The notes under the pieces were generated by a model. It had not been told where the DNA came from. It ran no database searches and saw nothing but the letters and a program-made list of their open reading frames with translations. A program made the translations under genes and the position numbers. A stretch of 64,000 bases of DNA, from assembly GCA_030765205.1 (NCBI GenBank), contig JAVCDB010000106.1, positions 906 to 64,905 of the forward strand. The letters are read 5' to 3'. Shown here piece by piece: positions 27,466-36,856 of the stretch (positions are counted from its first letter, which is position 1; every line of letters starts with the position of its first letter). The stretch comes from Candidatus Aadella gelida. Its GTDB lineage: Bacteria > Omnitrophota > Gorgyraeia > Tantalellales > Tantalellaceae.

Positions 27466-27849
27466 CTACATATCTCTTACTTTGGAAGGAACGGGAACGA
27501 CCTTTCCGGCTTTATCTATGAAAGCATGTTTAGTATATCCCATTGAGGTAGTCTTTCCCTCTTTGGTGACTTCATATTCAAAAGTTATACGTGACTTTCT
27601 TATGTCTGTCATTATGGCTTTCACTTTTACAATATCATCATATCTGACAGGAGAACGGTAACGGCATTGAGCCTCCGTTACAGGAAGAAAAAGACCTTCC
27701 TCTTCTAGACCTTTATAACACATGCCGTTTGCTCTGAACATCTCCGTTCTTGCTATCTCGAACCAGACAAGATAATTCGCATAATATACAAATCCCATCT
27801 GATCGGTTTCTTTGTAGTTTACTCTATGCTCTATAGTGTGCTCCCTCAT
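27466..27849 (-). CDS. YbgC/4HBT-like acyl-CoA thioesterase
   Basis: RVNYKETDQMGFVYYANYLVWFEIARTE. Start moved to MREHTIE; the upstream extension is repeat DNA. Confidence 0.92.
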   Translation of the reverse strand: MREHTIEHRVNYKETDQMGFVYYANYLVWFEIARTEMFRANGMCYKGLEEEGLFLPVTEAQCRYRSPVRYDDIVKVKAIMTDIRKSRITFEYEVTKEGKTTSMGYTKHAFIDKAGKVVPVPSKVRDM

Positions 27850-27889
27850 GATCATCCTTTTGTCGTATAGCGTAACTAGTAATCTGCGA

Positions 27890-28075
27890 TCAGTAAACAG
27901 TGAACGGTTATCTGTTGACCACAGACAATTGACTATTGACAATTGACTTTTAAAGATCTCTCAACGAAAAATATTGTCCATAGTCTACTGGCATTTCTCT
28001 CTTTTTTCTACTCTTCAATCCCAACATCGGTCATTCTCTGTCTATAGTCAATGGTCTATTGTCTATAGTCTAACA
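27890..28075 (+). repeat. Heptamer-array intergenic element, copy E (core type 2)
   Basis: Inverted relative to D; shares TTTAAAGATCTC...AAAATATT...CCATAGTCTAC...CATTTCTCTCTTTTTTCTA core. Confidence 0.88.
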
Positions 28076-28089
28076 TAGCTAGCCTACTT

Positions 28090-28506
28090 TCAGCTTGCTA
28101 TGATCTTTACATAAACTTTTCTTTTTCTGGGCCCGTCAAACTCACAAAAGTATATACCCTGCCATGTTCCTAAAAGAAGTTTTCCCTCTTCTACTATAAT
28201 GTGTGACGAGGCGCCTATAATGGATGCCTTGATATGCGCTGGGGAATTCCCTTCGGCATGCTTATATCCTAGTTTTTCTGATACTACATCTTCGAGCCCT
28301 TTTATCATATCAGTTTTGACATCGGGATCAGCATTTTCATTTATGGTAAGAGCGGCGGTCGTATGAGGGGTAAAAACATGACAGACCCCCTCTCCCGCAT
28401 TAGATGAGGTAACCAAGGATGTTACTTTTTCGGTTATATCAATAAATTGTATCTTATCGGAGGATATTACATCAATAATGAAAAGATTTTTATTCGACAT
28501 ATTCAC
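28090..28506 (-). CDS. yjbQ: YjbQ family (UPF0047) protein
   Basis: HTTAALTINENADPDV, HAEGNSPAHIK, LGTWQGIYFCEFDGPR. Confidence 0.93.
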   Translation of the reverse strand: MNMSNKNLFIIDVISSDKIQFIDITEKVTSLVTSSNAGEGVCHVFTPHTTAALTINENADPDVKTDMIKGLEDVVSEKLGYKHAEGNSPAHIKASIIGASSHIIVEEGKLLLGTWQGIYFCEFDGPRKRKVYVKIIAS

Positions 28507-29581
28507 TAAGGGCAGATCTTACCGGAAGCTCGGGAATGTCCTCGACGACTTCCACTTTTCCAATGCGGCGAGGAAGAATCAACCTGGTTGTTCCGGAAAC
28601 GAATTTTTTGTCATAGGAATAGGCCTTCATAACCTCTTCTACCCCCACCTTTTGAATACGTTCCGGCAGACCTATCTTTTTAAGAAGAGCCTTCATTCGT
28701 ATGAACTCTTTTTCTTTTAGCATATCGAACCTTAACGCTATCTCCCCGGCAAGGATCATGCCCAGAGCCACAGCTTCTCCATGATTATATTTTTTCGAAT
28801 AACCCGCAGCGGCCTCAATCGCATGACCTAAAGTGTGTCCGAAATTCAACATTATCCTGACGTCTTTCTCATCCCTCTCGTCTTTTTCAACTATCCGGGC
28901 CTTCATTTTCACACAATCATAAATGATCTTCTCAATAGCTTGTTTATTGAGCTTCAATATTTTTTCTGTATTACCTTCGAGAAAAGTAAAAAATTCTTTA
29001 CTTGATATCATTCCATATTTTACAACTTCTCCCATCCCATTGCATATCTGCCGTTTTGGCAGGGTTTTCAGAAAATCTGTATCAGCAATAACTATTTTAG
29101 GCTGATAAAATGCTCCTACGAGATTTTTCGCTTCAGGGAGATCCACTCCAACCTTTCCTCCTACTGAAGAATCAACCTGCGCCAATAAAGTGGTAGGAAT
29201 CTGTACTAAAGGCACTCCCCGCCTATATGTAGAAGCAACAAAACCGGCCAAATCGCCGATAACTCCTCCGCCTATGGCAACCACCAGGGGACGGTGTCTC
29301 TTGGTCCTTTTTCCTATCTTTTGAATAACATCACGGAAGACATCAATAGATTTTGATTTCTCCTCTCCGGGAACAGTTATGCTAAACTGATCATTTGGCA
29401 GTTTATTCAATACGGGACATATCTTATGTTTAGCCTTTTTCCAAACCGTCCTATCAGCCACTATAGCTATAGGACCCTTGAAATTCATTTCTTTAATGAC
29501 TTCAGGCAAGTGAGCAAACGAATTGGATCCTATGATAATATCATACGATCTCTTTTTTAATTTGAGTATTATCTTCTTCAT
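28490..29581 (-). CDS. aroB: 3-dehydroquinate synthase
   Basis: GGGVIGD, PTTLLAQVDSSVGGK, KNLVGAFYQP, LNFGHTLGHAIE, HGEAV. Confidence 0.97.
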   Translation of the reverse strand: MKKIILKLKKRSYDIIIGSNSFAHLPEVIKEMNFKGPIAIVADRTVWKKAKHKICPVLNKLPNDQFSITVPGEEKSKSIDVFRDVIQKIGKRTKRHRPLVVAIGGGVIGDLAGFVASTYRRGVPLVQIPTTLLAQVDSSVGGKVGVDLPEAKNLVGAFYQPKIVIADTDFLKTLPKRQICNGMGEVVKYGMISSKEFFTFLEGNTEKILKLNKQAIEKIIYDCVKMKARIVEKDERDEKDVRIMLNFGHTLGHAIEAAAGYSKKYNHGEAVALGMILAGEIALRFDMLKEKEFIRMKALLKKIGLPERIQKVGVEEVMKAYSYDKKFVSGTTRLILPRRIGKVEVVEDIPELPVRSALSEYVE

Positions 29582-29641
29582 AGTAAGTGAAATATAGCAT
29601 ATAACCGGTAAAAAGGCAAAAAAATCACCATTGACATGATG

Positions 29642-30313
29642 TTACTGGTAAGATTGGATCAAGGCTGCGGGAAACCCAATGTCTTTAATGCTTATCTCTC
29701 CCGACACTTCCGGCCCATCGCCACAAAAGAACCCTATTTTAGGTAAACCAAAAGTTATGGTTTTATGGGCCTCTATACATCCTGGAGCTGCATATCCAGT
29801 AGTCGCATCCAACCCTGAAGGAATGTCTACCGCATAAAGCCTTGAATTTGAACTATTTATCCTAGAAAAGACAGTCCTGTATTCCTCAGGCAGCTCTCCC
29901 CTGAACCCTGTCCCAAAGACAGAATCGATAGCTATGGTAAAATTCGCTTCTTTATCCGCTCTTGAGGTAAAATTTTCTATAGGCTTGATCTTTATTCCCA
30001 TGTTTTTTGCAAGAATAAGATTATCTTCTGCTGATCCCGCCCTAATGCTTCCCTGATATATCGTGTATACCACCAAGTCACCGACCCCATGGTTAGCAAG
30101 ATGTCTTGCCGCCACAAAACCGTCTCCACCGTTATTTCCCTTACCGCAAAAAACAGCTATTCTTTCATTCTCTAGTGACTCAATGTCGGTTATAACGGCT
30201 TCAGCAACCGCACGGCCCGCATTTTCCATGAGAAAGGCTTGTTCTATCCCAAACTCTTCTTGGGCCCGCCTGTCTATCTCAGACATTATTTCCGCAGAAA
30301 CCGGTTTCATCAT
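29642..30313 (-). CDS. nnrE: NAD(P)H-hydrate epimerase (stand-alone YjeF N-terminal domain)
   Basis: LMENAG, GKGNNGGDG, GTGF, VDIPSG; start moved to MMKPV. Confidence 0.92.
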   Translation of the reverse strand: MMKPVSAEIMSEIDRRAQEEFGIEQAFLMENAGRAVAEAVITDIESLENERIAVFCGKGNNGGDGFVAARHLANHGVGDLVVYTIYQGSIRAGSAEDNLILAKNMGIKIKPIENFTSRADKEANFTIAIDSVFGTGFRGELPEEYRTVFSRINSSNSRLYAVDIPSGLDATTGYAAPGCIEAHKTITFGLPKIGFFCGDGPEVSGEISIKDIGFPAALIQSYQ

Positions 30314-30401
30314 GCTCCTGATACTAGGATAAAAGAAATTGACCAGCTCCGTAATTCCGGACCTGGTCAACATTATACGCTTTGAAACATTTTAGATCTG
30401 T

Positions 30402-30722
30402 CTATTTAACTGGAGCTCCTGCCACTACATCAGGTCCCGGAGAAAGAAGAACTGGACCGTTTTCTCCGCTAACCGCCAGAAGCATACCATTCGAACTTTC
30501 TCCTCTTATGACCGCTGGCTCCAGATTGTTCACAATGATTATTTTCTTACCAATAAGATCACTTTCAGAATACGTACCGCGAATGCCAGCTACTATTTGT
30601 TTTTCCTCATCCCCCACGTCAATACGAAGAACATACAACTTGTCCGCATCAGGATGTTCTTTAACTTCTTTGATCTCGGCAATTCTCAAGTCAATATCTT
30701 TAAAATCCTTAAAACTTATCAT
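30402..30722 (-). CDS. tRNA-binding OB-fold protein (MetG C-terminal/Trbp111/CsaA-like)
   Basis: DLRIAEI, HPDADKL, QIVAGI, NLEPAVIRGESSNGMLL. Confidence 0.9.
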   Translation of the reverse strand: MISFKDFKDIDLRIAEIKEVKEHPDADKLYVLRIDVGDEEKQIVAGIRGTYSESDLIGKKIIIVNNLEPAVIRGESSNGMLLAVSGENGPVLLSPGPDVVAGAPVK

Positions 30723-30724
30723 TA

Positions 30725-31018
30725 TTAAGCCTTTTTACCGGCTCCCTTCTTTTCGGCAGCTGGTGCAGCAGCTGTATCCTTTGCAGGAGCACCTGCTTCA
30801 GCTTCTGGAGTCTCTGCTCCTTCTTCTCCCTCTGCGGGATCTTTAGCCTTTTTGACCTTAAACTTGATACGTTTTACTTTGGGAATCTTATACACGGAAT
30901 CCTTCTCAAAATCCCATTTTTCTTTTTCTGTAAGCTCCTTGATCTTTTCAAATCGCTTAAGTACAGATCGAAATTTCCCACTCAAACTGCTTCCCTTTAA
31001 ACTAGGATGTTGACTCAT
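30725..31018 (-). CDS. PVC superphylum small basic protein with Ala/Glu/Lys-rich tail
   Basis: MSQHPSLK...RSVLKRFEKIKEL...KW...SVYKIPKVK. Confidence 0.85.
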   Translation of the reverse strand: MSQHPSLKGSSLSGKFRSVLKRFEKIKELTEKEKWDFEKDSVYKIPKVKRIKFKVKKAKDPAEGEEGAETPEAEAGAPAKDTAAAPAAEKKGAGKKA

Positions 31019-31162
31019 TTTTTCTCCTTATTGAACGTACAGATACCGCTTCTAAAAACATCCTGAATGTTCCTGACGTCGGTTACTGTCTTTTTTATCT
31101 CTCTCTCTCTTTTCTTCGTGCTTTGTCTTTTCCCTCGCAAGCCCCACTATGGGTAGTGTTAG

Positions 31163-31191
31163 ATTGTAATTGAAAAACCCTGCTTGGTCAA
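31163..31191 (-). promoter_or_regulatory. Sigma70 promoter upstream of the small basic protein gene
   Basis: TTGACC-17 bp-TACAAT. Confidence 0.7.
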
Positions 31192-31199
31192 GCACGATT

Positions 31200-31844
31200 T
31201 TATCGATTGGTCTTTTTTATATAACAATCCTTATACTCTTCAGTAAGAGTTTTCTGCGCCTCTTTTGCTTCATCTATTGTACGGTAGCCTTCCGTATAGA
31301 CCTGATACCATCCTCCACGTTTAGCCATATTAGCAACTAGACCTCTCTCTTTTAGATCTTTGGCCTCATCTTTTGCAGTCCCTTCATTCTTAAAAGACGC
31401 TAGCTGCAGCGTGTAAACTGTTTCAGATACATCACTTACCTCGCCAAGAGAAGGTTCTACCTCAAGCGGGCTTTTCTCCTCATTTGCAAGATTTACATCT
31501 TTCTCTTCCTGCAGAGGAGTCTGTTCGGAATTCATTTCATCCTTTTTAAAACCCACACTTTCCCCGCCGCTGCCTTGAACCTCATCCCAAAGTTGTATGG
31601 GAATATCTCTCCCAACTCCCGCATCTTTTACCCTGACCCTTTTGCCTGTTTCCACCCCAACAGCATATGCTACTACCACAAACAAAAGTACACCGATCGA
31701 GATTATTACCGTATATTCCAAAGGAATTCGTATAACCGGAAGAAATCTTTGCCGAGGATACTGTTTAAACCTTCTCAGCATCTTACTCTTTTCTTTCTCG
31801 AAATCCTGATCAAATAGATCTATTTTAATTTTGTCTTCACTCAT
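31200..31844 (-). CDS. Membrane-anchored SPOR domain protein
   Basis: TM helix, acidic linker, YTLQLASFKN...WYQVY...Y...EAKEA. Confidence 0.85.
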   Translation of the reverse strand: MSEDKIKIDLFDQDFEKEKSKMLRRFKQYPRQRFLPVIRIPLEYTVIISIGVLLFVVVAYAVGVETGKRVRVKDAGVGRDIPIQLWDEVQGSGGESVGFKKDEMNSEQTPLQEEKDVNLANEEKSPLEVEPSLGEVSDVSETVYTLQLASFKNEGTAKDEAKDLKERGLVANMAKRGGWYQVYTEGYRTIDEAKEAQKTLTEEYKDCYIKKTNR

Positions 31845-31889
31845 GAGTTTATATTTTAGTTTGCCACACACAAATTGCAAATATAAGAA

Positions 31890-32564
31890 TTATTTCGATG
31901 TGAGTTTATATATAGCAAATAAGAAAGCCGGGTTTCCCTTATAATCGATTACAGTTGAATACCATCCGTCCTCGTCCTCGGAAAGAACATTGTCTCTGAC
32001 GCCTTCCTCTAACTGATCGGTTATTTCAGGAGAGAACGATATCGTAATATCTACTTCTATTTCATCCCTGGTGTCATAATACTCATATTTCCCTCCAATA
32101 CGAACATCGTCGGAATCCGCCTTGAAATCATAAATCTTGATCTTGTTCTTACTCAAGTAGAAAGAGAAGAATATTTCTTTGTACTTCCTGTTGCAATCAA
32201 ACGGCATGAAGAACAAGTTTTCCAGAGACTTTTCCTGCGAAGCTTCTTCCTTCCCGAATAAGAACGAAACTCCTCTCATCCTGCAATAACCCTCTACCTT
32301 TTCATTCTTTATGATACTTTTTGTTGAGACTCCGTACTCGACACTATCCGCACTCACAGTTAGATCTTTTACCGGGAGAGTAACTTCAATGTTATTAAAA
32401 CGTCCTTTGCCGACGGATTCAATATCAAACCCGGAATAAGATACCTGATAATCAGTAAAACGATTAACAGAGAATTCTATTATATCCCCAAGGAAGATCA
32501 CACCGCAACATACAATAGACAATAAAATAATGAAAATAGCAGCGATTATAACTATTTTTTTCAT
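31890..32564 (-). CDS. Hypothetical exported/membrane-anchored protein
   Basis: 224-aa ORF with N-terminal hydrophobic segment, coupled to the upstream gene. Confidence 0.75.
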   Translation of the reverse strand: MKKIVIIAAIFIILLSIVCCGVIFLGDIIEFSVNRFTDYQVSYSGFDIESVGKGRFNNIEVTLPVKDLTVSADSVEYGVSTKSIIKNEKVEGYCRMRGVSFLFGKEEASQEKSLENLFFMPFDCNRKYKEIFFSFYLSKNKIKIYDFKADSDDVRIGGKYEYYDTRDEIEVDITISFSPEITDQLEEGVRDNVLSEDEDGWYSTVIDYKGNPAFLFAIYKLTSK

Positions 32565-34060
32565 CTGACGCCAAGCTCTTTATCCAGCAATTTTCGAACA
32601 TCTTTCCTGTTTATAGCCTCACACAGGGCTTGTACTATTGCAGGATCGAATTGTTTTCCTGCGCTGTTTCTTATTTCTTTTATAGCATTATTGAGAGGAC
32701 GTGCCTTTCTATAAGGTTTTTCAGTTATAAGCACCTCAAACACGCTTATAACCGCAAGCATACGCGCAGCCAACGGAATATCTTTCCCCTTTAGACCTTT
32801 AGGGTACCCCTTACCGTCAAATCTTTCATGATGATATAGAATTATAGGCACAATAGGTTTGAGTGGTTTAAATTTCGAGAGTATTGCCGCTCCTGTCATA
32901 GGATGCTTCTTTATAATATCGTATTCATTCCCTGTAAGTTCCCCTTTCTTCATCAAAACCCGTTCCGGGATCCCTATCTGGCCGGCATCATGTAACATAG
33001 CCGCATACTGCAACATCAGTATCTCCCTTTCGTTCATCTTGAACTTAGGTCCGATAATACTTATCAGTTTTCCGAACGAAGCTTCGGCTCTCTGCGTTCC
33101 ATGGGGCCGGTTCTGCAATAATCTTGCGATACATTTTATACTACTTGTAGTAAGATCCGCTTGCTCTTTATACAGTTGTGCGTTCTTTATAGCGACTGCA
33201 GCTTGTTCCGCTAACGTCTTCATTATCTCCTGATCCGGCAATGTGAATTCCTTGTCTTCAAACTTATCATATAAAGTTATGACCCCGACAACATCTTCAT
33301 CTATCATAGGAACAGCAAGATAATTCTTTGACCGGACGGGCCCTCCTTTTTTAACGGCCCTTCCCGGAGCGTACTTCCCTATCTGGACCTTCTTCAATTT
33401 GGTCTTTTCTTTTCTGAGATCAATAGTTGTTTTAGGAATCAGTGCTTTTCTCTTTTTATCCACGAGTTTTATAGAACATCTGTTAGCCTTTATTACTTGT
33501 AAAGATAGGCGAGCTATACGCGGCAGAAGTTCGTTGAGATCGAGTGCGGATGTCATCAGTCTGTGCAGAGTATGTACCGTAGAAAGCGCCACGGCTCTTG
33601 GGCGGATATTCTCGTTAGCTTCTTCCAAATCAAAGTTTCTTCTGCTGTCTCGGACAAATGCATCCGTAATAGTAGTGAATATTTTCCCCAAGTCTTTAGT
33701 TAATTTTTTTTCTAATCCACACATAAACACGAATCCGAATATACTTTTATCCGCTATAAGAGGATAACATGCACCGTAAGAACGCCTGCCACATTTAAAA
33801 TATTTCAGACTTCTTGAATCTCTTGTATCTCTTATTGTTTTGATAAGACCGAAAATCTCTTTGCGTATATTCTTTTTATCCGTTCCTGCTCTTTCCAAGC
33901 ATTTGGATATACCTGTCTCTTTAACTCCCTTATAAGTCACAATAGATGCAGCAGACATTAGGATCCAATCGGGTCCCCCGAGATAAGCGCCTAAAGCTTT
34001 TATTTCTTCTCGAGAACACCACCGATTTTTAATTACATCAAATAATTCGTTATATTCCAT
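32561..34060 (-). CDS. GAF + HD-GYP domain protein
   Basis: GAF (LAEQAAVAIKNAQLY), LHDAG, KHP, HHERFDGKGYP. Confidence 0.9.
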   Translation of the reverse strand: MEYNELFDVIKNRWCSREEIKALGAYLGGPDWILMSAASIVTYKGVKETGISKCLERAGTDKKNIRKEIFGLIKTIRDTRDSRSLKYFKCGRRSYGACYPLIADKSIFGFVFMCGLEKKLTKDLGKIFTTITDAFVRDSRRNFDLEEANENIRPRAVALSTVHTLHRLMTSALDLNELLPRIARLSLQVIKANRCSIKLVDKKRKALIPKTTIDLRKEKTKLKKVQIGKYAPGRAVKKGGPVRSKNYLAVPMIDEDVVGVITLYDKFEDKEFTLPDQEIMKTLAEQAAVAIKNAQLYKEQADLTTSSIKCIARLLQNRPHGTQRAEASFGKLISIIGPKFKMNEREILMLQYAAMLHDAGQIGIPERVLMKKGELTGNEYDIIKKHPMTGAAILSKFKPLKPIVPIILYHHERFDGKGYPKGLKGKDIPLAARMLAVISVFEVLITEKPYRKARPLNNAIKEIRNSAGKQFDPAIVQALCEAINRKDVRKLLDKELGVR

Positions 34061-34081
34061 ACAATATCCTATCTCTTTTCT

Positions 34082-35236
34082 TTACACCCTCTCGTACGGT
34101 TCAAAAAACATCTTATATTGATCCAGAGCATATCTGTCGGTCATACCAGCCATATAATCACATATTACCCTAAACTTATCCTCACCCTTGACTCTCTCCA
34201 AATATTGAGGCGGTAACTGTTCGGGATTATTAAGGTACTCCCCGAATAGGCTTGTTAAAAACCGAGAAGCTTTTTTCGACATTTTTATGACCCTGTAATG
34301 TTTATACAATTTTTCTTCGAGATTCTTCTTAAATTCTATACGTTTTGTATTAAGCTCTCCGCTGAACGCTATTACATTCTCCTCAATTTTATCTATATCC
34401 TCAACTTCTCTGATGCCAAACTCTTCAATTCTTTTAAATGATGTGTCAATAATGTCGGATACCTGCTTATTGATAAGATACCGCACTATTTGGGCCCTTC
34501 CGGTACTTTTATCAATATCCGGAGGTGAGTTCTTTTCGTTAAAAAGAACGGCTTCATCCCACATAGCCGTTCCTGCAAGATCTTTCCCTGACAATAATCC
34601 GCTTTTGAGTCCGTCATCCAGATCATGATTATCATATGCTATTTCATCAGCAATATTTACTACCTGTATCTCTAAAAGATTAGGACCCGGAACGTTCTGA
34701 TCTCCCATACGTTTTTGATCGAACGGTGTGGAATGACGTATGATCCCCCTCCGAACTTCTTCTGAAAGGTTAAGTCCGCAAAATTTTGGATACCTCTTTT
34801 CCAGTTTATCAACTACACGTAATCCATGTGTATTATGATCGAATCCCCCATGATCTTTCATGAGCTTTGCAAGCGTATCTTCCCCGGAATGCCCGAAAGG
34901 TGTATGCCCCAGATCATGCGCTAAAGCGATAGCCTCTACAAGGTCTTCATTCAATTTTAATGTGCGTGCAATAGTACGCGCGATCTGCGCGACCTCTAAA
35001 GTATGAGTGAGTCTCGTGCGGTAATAGTCACCTTCGTGATTAACAAATACCTGCGTCTTATACTCCAACCTACGGAAAGCTGTAGAATATACTATCCTAT
35101 CCTTATCCCTCTGATATGCAGAACGATAAGGATGCTCCTCTTCGTCATATTGCCGTCCTCTTGTATTGCTACTCTTCATAGCATAGGACGCGAGGATTAA
35201 ATTTTCTTTTTTTTCTATCTCATTTCTATAAATCAT
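34082..35236 (-). CDS. dgt: Deoxyguanosinetriphosphate triphosphohydrolase
   Basis: RDKDRI, FRRLEYKTQV, RTRLTHTLEV, HDLGHTPFGH, ADEIAY, DYMAGMTD. Confidence 0.95.
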   Translation of the reverse strand: MIYRNEIEKKENLILASYAMKSSNTRGRQYDEEEHPYRSAYQRDKDRIVYSTAFRRLEYKTQVFVNHEGDYYRTRLTHTLEVAQIARTIARTLKLNEDLVEAIALAHDLGHTPFGHSGEDTLAKLMKDHGGFDHNTHGLRVVDKLEKRYPKFCGLNLSEEVRRGIIRHSTPFDQKRMGDQNVPGPNLLEIQVVNIADEIAYDNHDLDDGLKSGLLSGKDLAGTAMWDEAVLFNEKNSPPDIDKSTGRAQIVRYLINKQVSDIIDTSFKRIEEFGIREVEDIDKIEENVIAFSGELNTKRIEFKKNLEEKLYKHYRVIKMSKKASRFLTSLFGEYLNNPEQLPPQYLERVKGEDKFRVICDYMAGMTDRYALDQYKMFFEPYERV

Positions 35237-35269
35237 CTTATAAAAAAATATCAGTTCCTTTCCCTATTA

Positions 35270-36247
35270 TTATTTTACAAAGTATAATATCACAAACCCT
35301 ATGAAACCAATAGCAAAAATTAAACCTGTATCCCAGTTAATTCTCCTGTTTTTAGCCTTTTTACTCAATAGTCCTACAACAGCAATAGCTGAAAGAACAA
35401 GCACAAGAATAGTAGCTATCACCTGTCCCGTTGTCAAAAGACATAATATGGGACTATCTGTCAGGAAATCCAGTAAAGGAATAATACAAACATCGAACAA
35501 ATTGCTACCTAACACATTCCCCACAGCCATATCCACGGATCCTGCACGAAAAGCCGCAAAAGAAACTATTATCTCCGGCAATGAAGTGGCAACTCCAAGT
35601 ATCAATGTCCCTGTAAAGGTCTGAGATAAATTTGTACTGGAAACTATGCCGTCCCCGATCTTAGCCATCCATACACCCAAAAGGATAACCATCCCAAGAA
35701 ACAAAGTGAACTTTGCCCATACTTTCCATAACGGATCACTCGTTACTCTTCCTTCGCCCACATGACCCGGCGGATGAGCTCTACGCACTTTTTCAAGATA
35801 AGCAAAGTATATGAGGATTATAATAACACTTTCGATCCCGATCTTCCCGAAGACAGAAAATCCGATATTCGACAAATGCATTCCCGCGCCTACCAAAATC
35901 ACAAAACTGACTATAAGCGCAAAAATACCGGTAAGACCGGTAAGGTATGATACCTCTTTTAGTAAACGCCCCTTCTTATAGCATACATCCAGAGCAAACA
36001 ATATCATGAGATTAACAATAACGGACCCCATGATATCCCCGTATCCGAGACCTATCCTCCCGAAAGAACAAACAGCAGTCGTAGATGTGATTATCTCGGG
36101 AAAAGAAGTGGCAACAGCAAGAAAAAACATCCCGATAAGCCCTTCTGAGATCTTGGTCTTCTCGGAGACAATCGCTCCTTCCTTGCATAAATGGTAGGCA
36201 AAATAAGTCAGAAGCGAAGCGCATAAAAGAAATTCAATCCAGATCAT
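35270..36247 (-). CDS. CaCA family sodium:calcium antiporter
   Basis: Two alpha repeats (ATSFPE, ATSLPE), GNVLGSN. Confidence 0.9.
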   Translation of the reverse strand: MIWIEFLLCASLLTYFAYHLCKEGAIVSEKTKISEGLIGMFFLAVATSFPEIITSTTAVCSFGRIGLGYGDIMGSVIVNLMILFALDVCYKKGRLLKEVSYLTGLTGIFALIVSFVILVGAGMHLSNIGFSVFGKIGIESVIIILIYFAYLEKVRRAHPPGHVGEGRVTSDPLWKVWAKFTLFLGMVILLGVWMAKIGDGIVSSTNLSQTFTGTLILGVATSLPEIIVSFAAFRAGSVDMAVGNVLGSNLFDVCIIPLLDFLTDSPILCLLTTGQVIATILVLVLSAIAVVGLLSKKAKNRRINWDTGLIFAIGFIGFVILYFVK

Positions 36248-36364
36248 AATCTATGTAAAACTTGATTCCCGGGTTGGTTGTATCAATAATGTTATACATG
36301 TTCCAGAACAGATCAAAAAACCTATAAATCGCGACGATCTTCCCTATCTACTATCACAAACAGA

Positions 36365-36856
36365 TTAATCGGCGCAACTGATTATTTCCGCATGAATATC
36401 GTCACCGTCTATTTCGATCATACCGAACGAACATCCCTTCGTACATACCCTGTCGGTTGCGCTTCCGGGATTAAAAAAAAGAACACCATCTATGACTTTG
36501 TTGACAGGCTCGTGTGAATGACCGAATATGATTATATCCGGCTTAGGCGAAAATTCCGTAGCAACATTATCTAACACTTTCAGAGGATGTCCCGATCCGT
36601 GTATAACCCCTATCTTTTTACCAGCTGCCTTAAATGTCAATTTTTTAGAGTAACGATTCTTTATCTCGGAACTATCCATGTTACCCTGAACGACCTTGGT
36701 CTCTGCCATAAGATTTAATTTCTCTATTACGGACTCCTCAACTATATCTCCGGCATGGACTATCAGATCACAATCCTTAAACCGATCGTAAACCTTAGCC
36801 GGCAGATCAAAAGTATTTATTGGTATATGTGTATCGGAGATTACGCCTATTTTCAT
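36365..36856 (-). CDS. YfcE-like metallophosphoesterase
   Basis: SDTH, HAGD, GNMD, HG, GHSH, NPGS. Confidence 0.92.
   Translation of the reverse strand: MKIGVISDTHIPINTFDLPAKVYDRFKDCDLIVHAGDIVEESVIEKLNLMAETKVVQGNMDSSEIKNRYSKKLTFKAAGKKIGVIHGSGHPLKVLDNVATEFSPKPDIIIFGHSHEPVNKVIDGVLFFNPGSATDRVCTKGCSFGMIEIDGDDIHAEIISCAD

Noticed and set aside
27270-27521. 83-aa plus-strand ORF, and the N-terminal extensions of rsmH and the thioesterase
   Set aside because: Translations of heptamer repeats (SQWSMVNGQ, TTNYEL), not real coding sequence.
31060-31150. smpB C-terminal pseudogene fragment (GLAR.K..H..KRE)
   Set aside because: Low-complexity purine-rich sequence; the similarity is too short to support.
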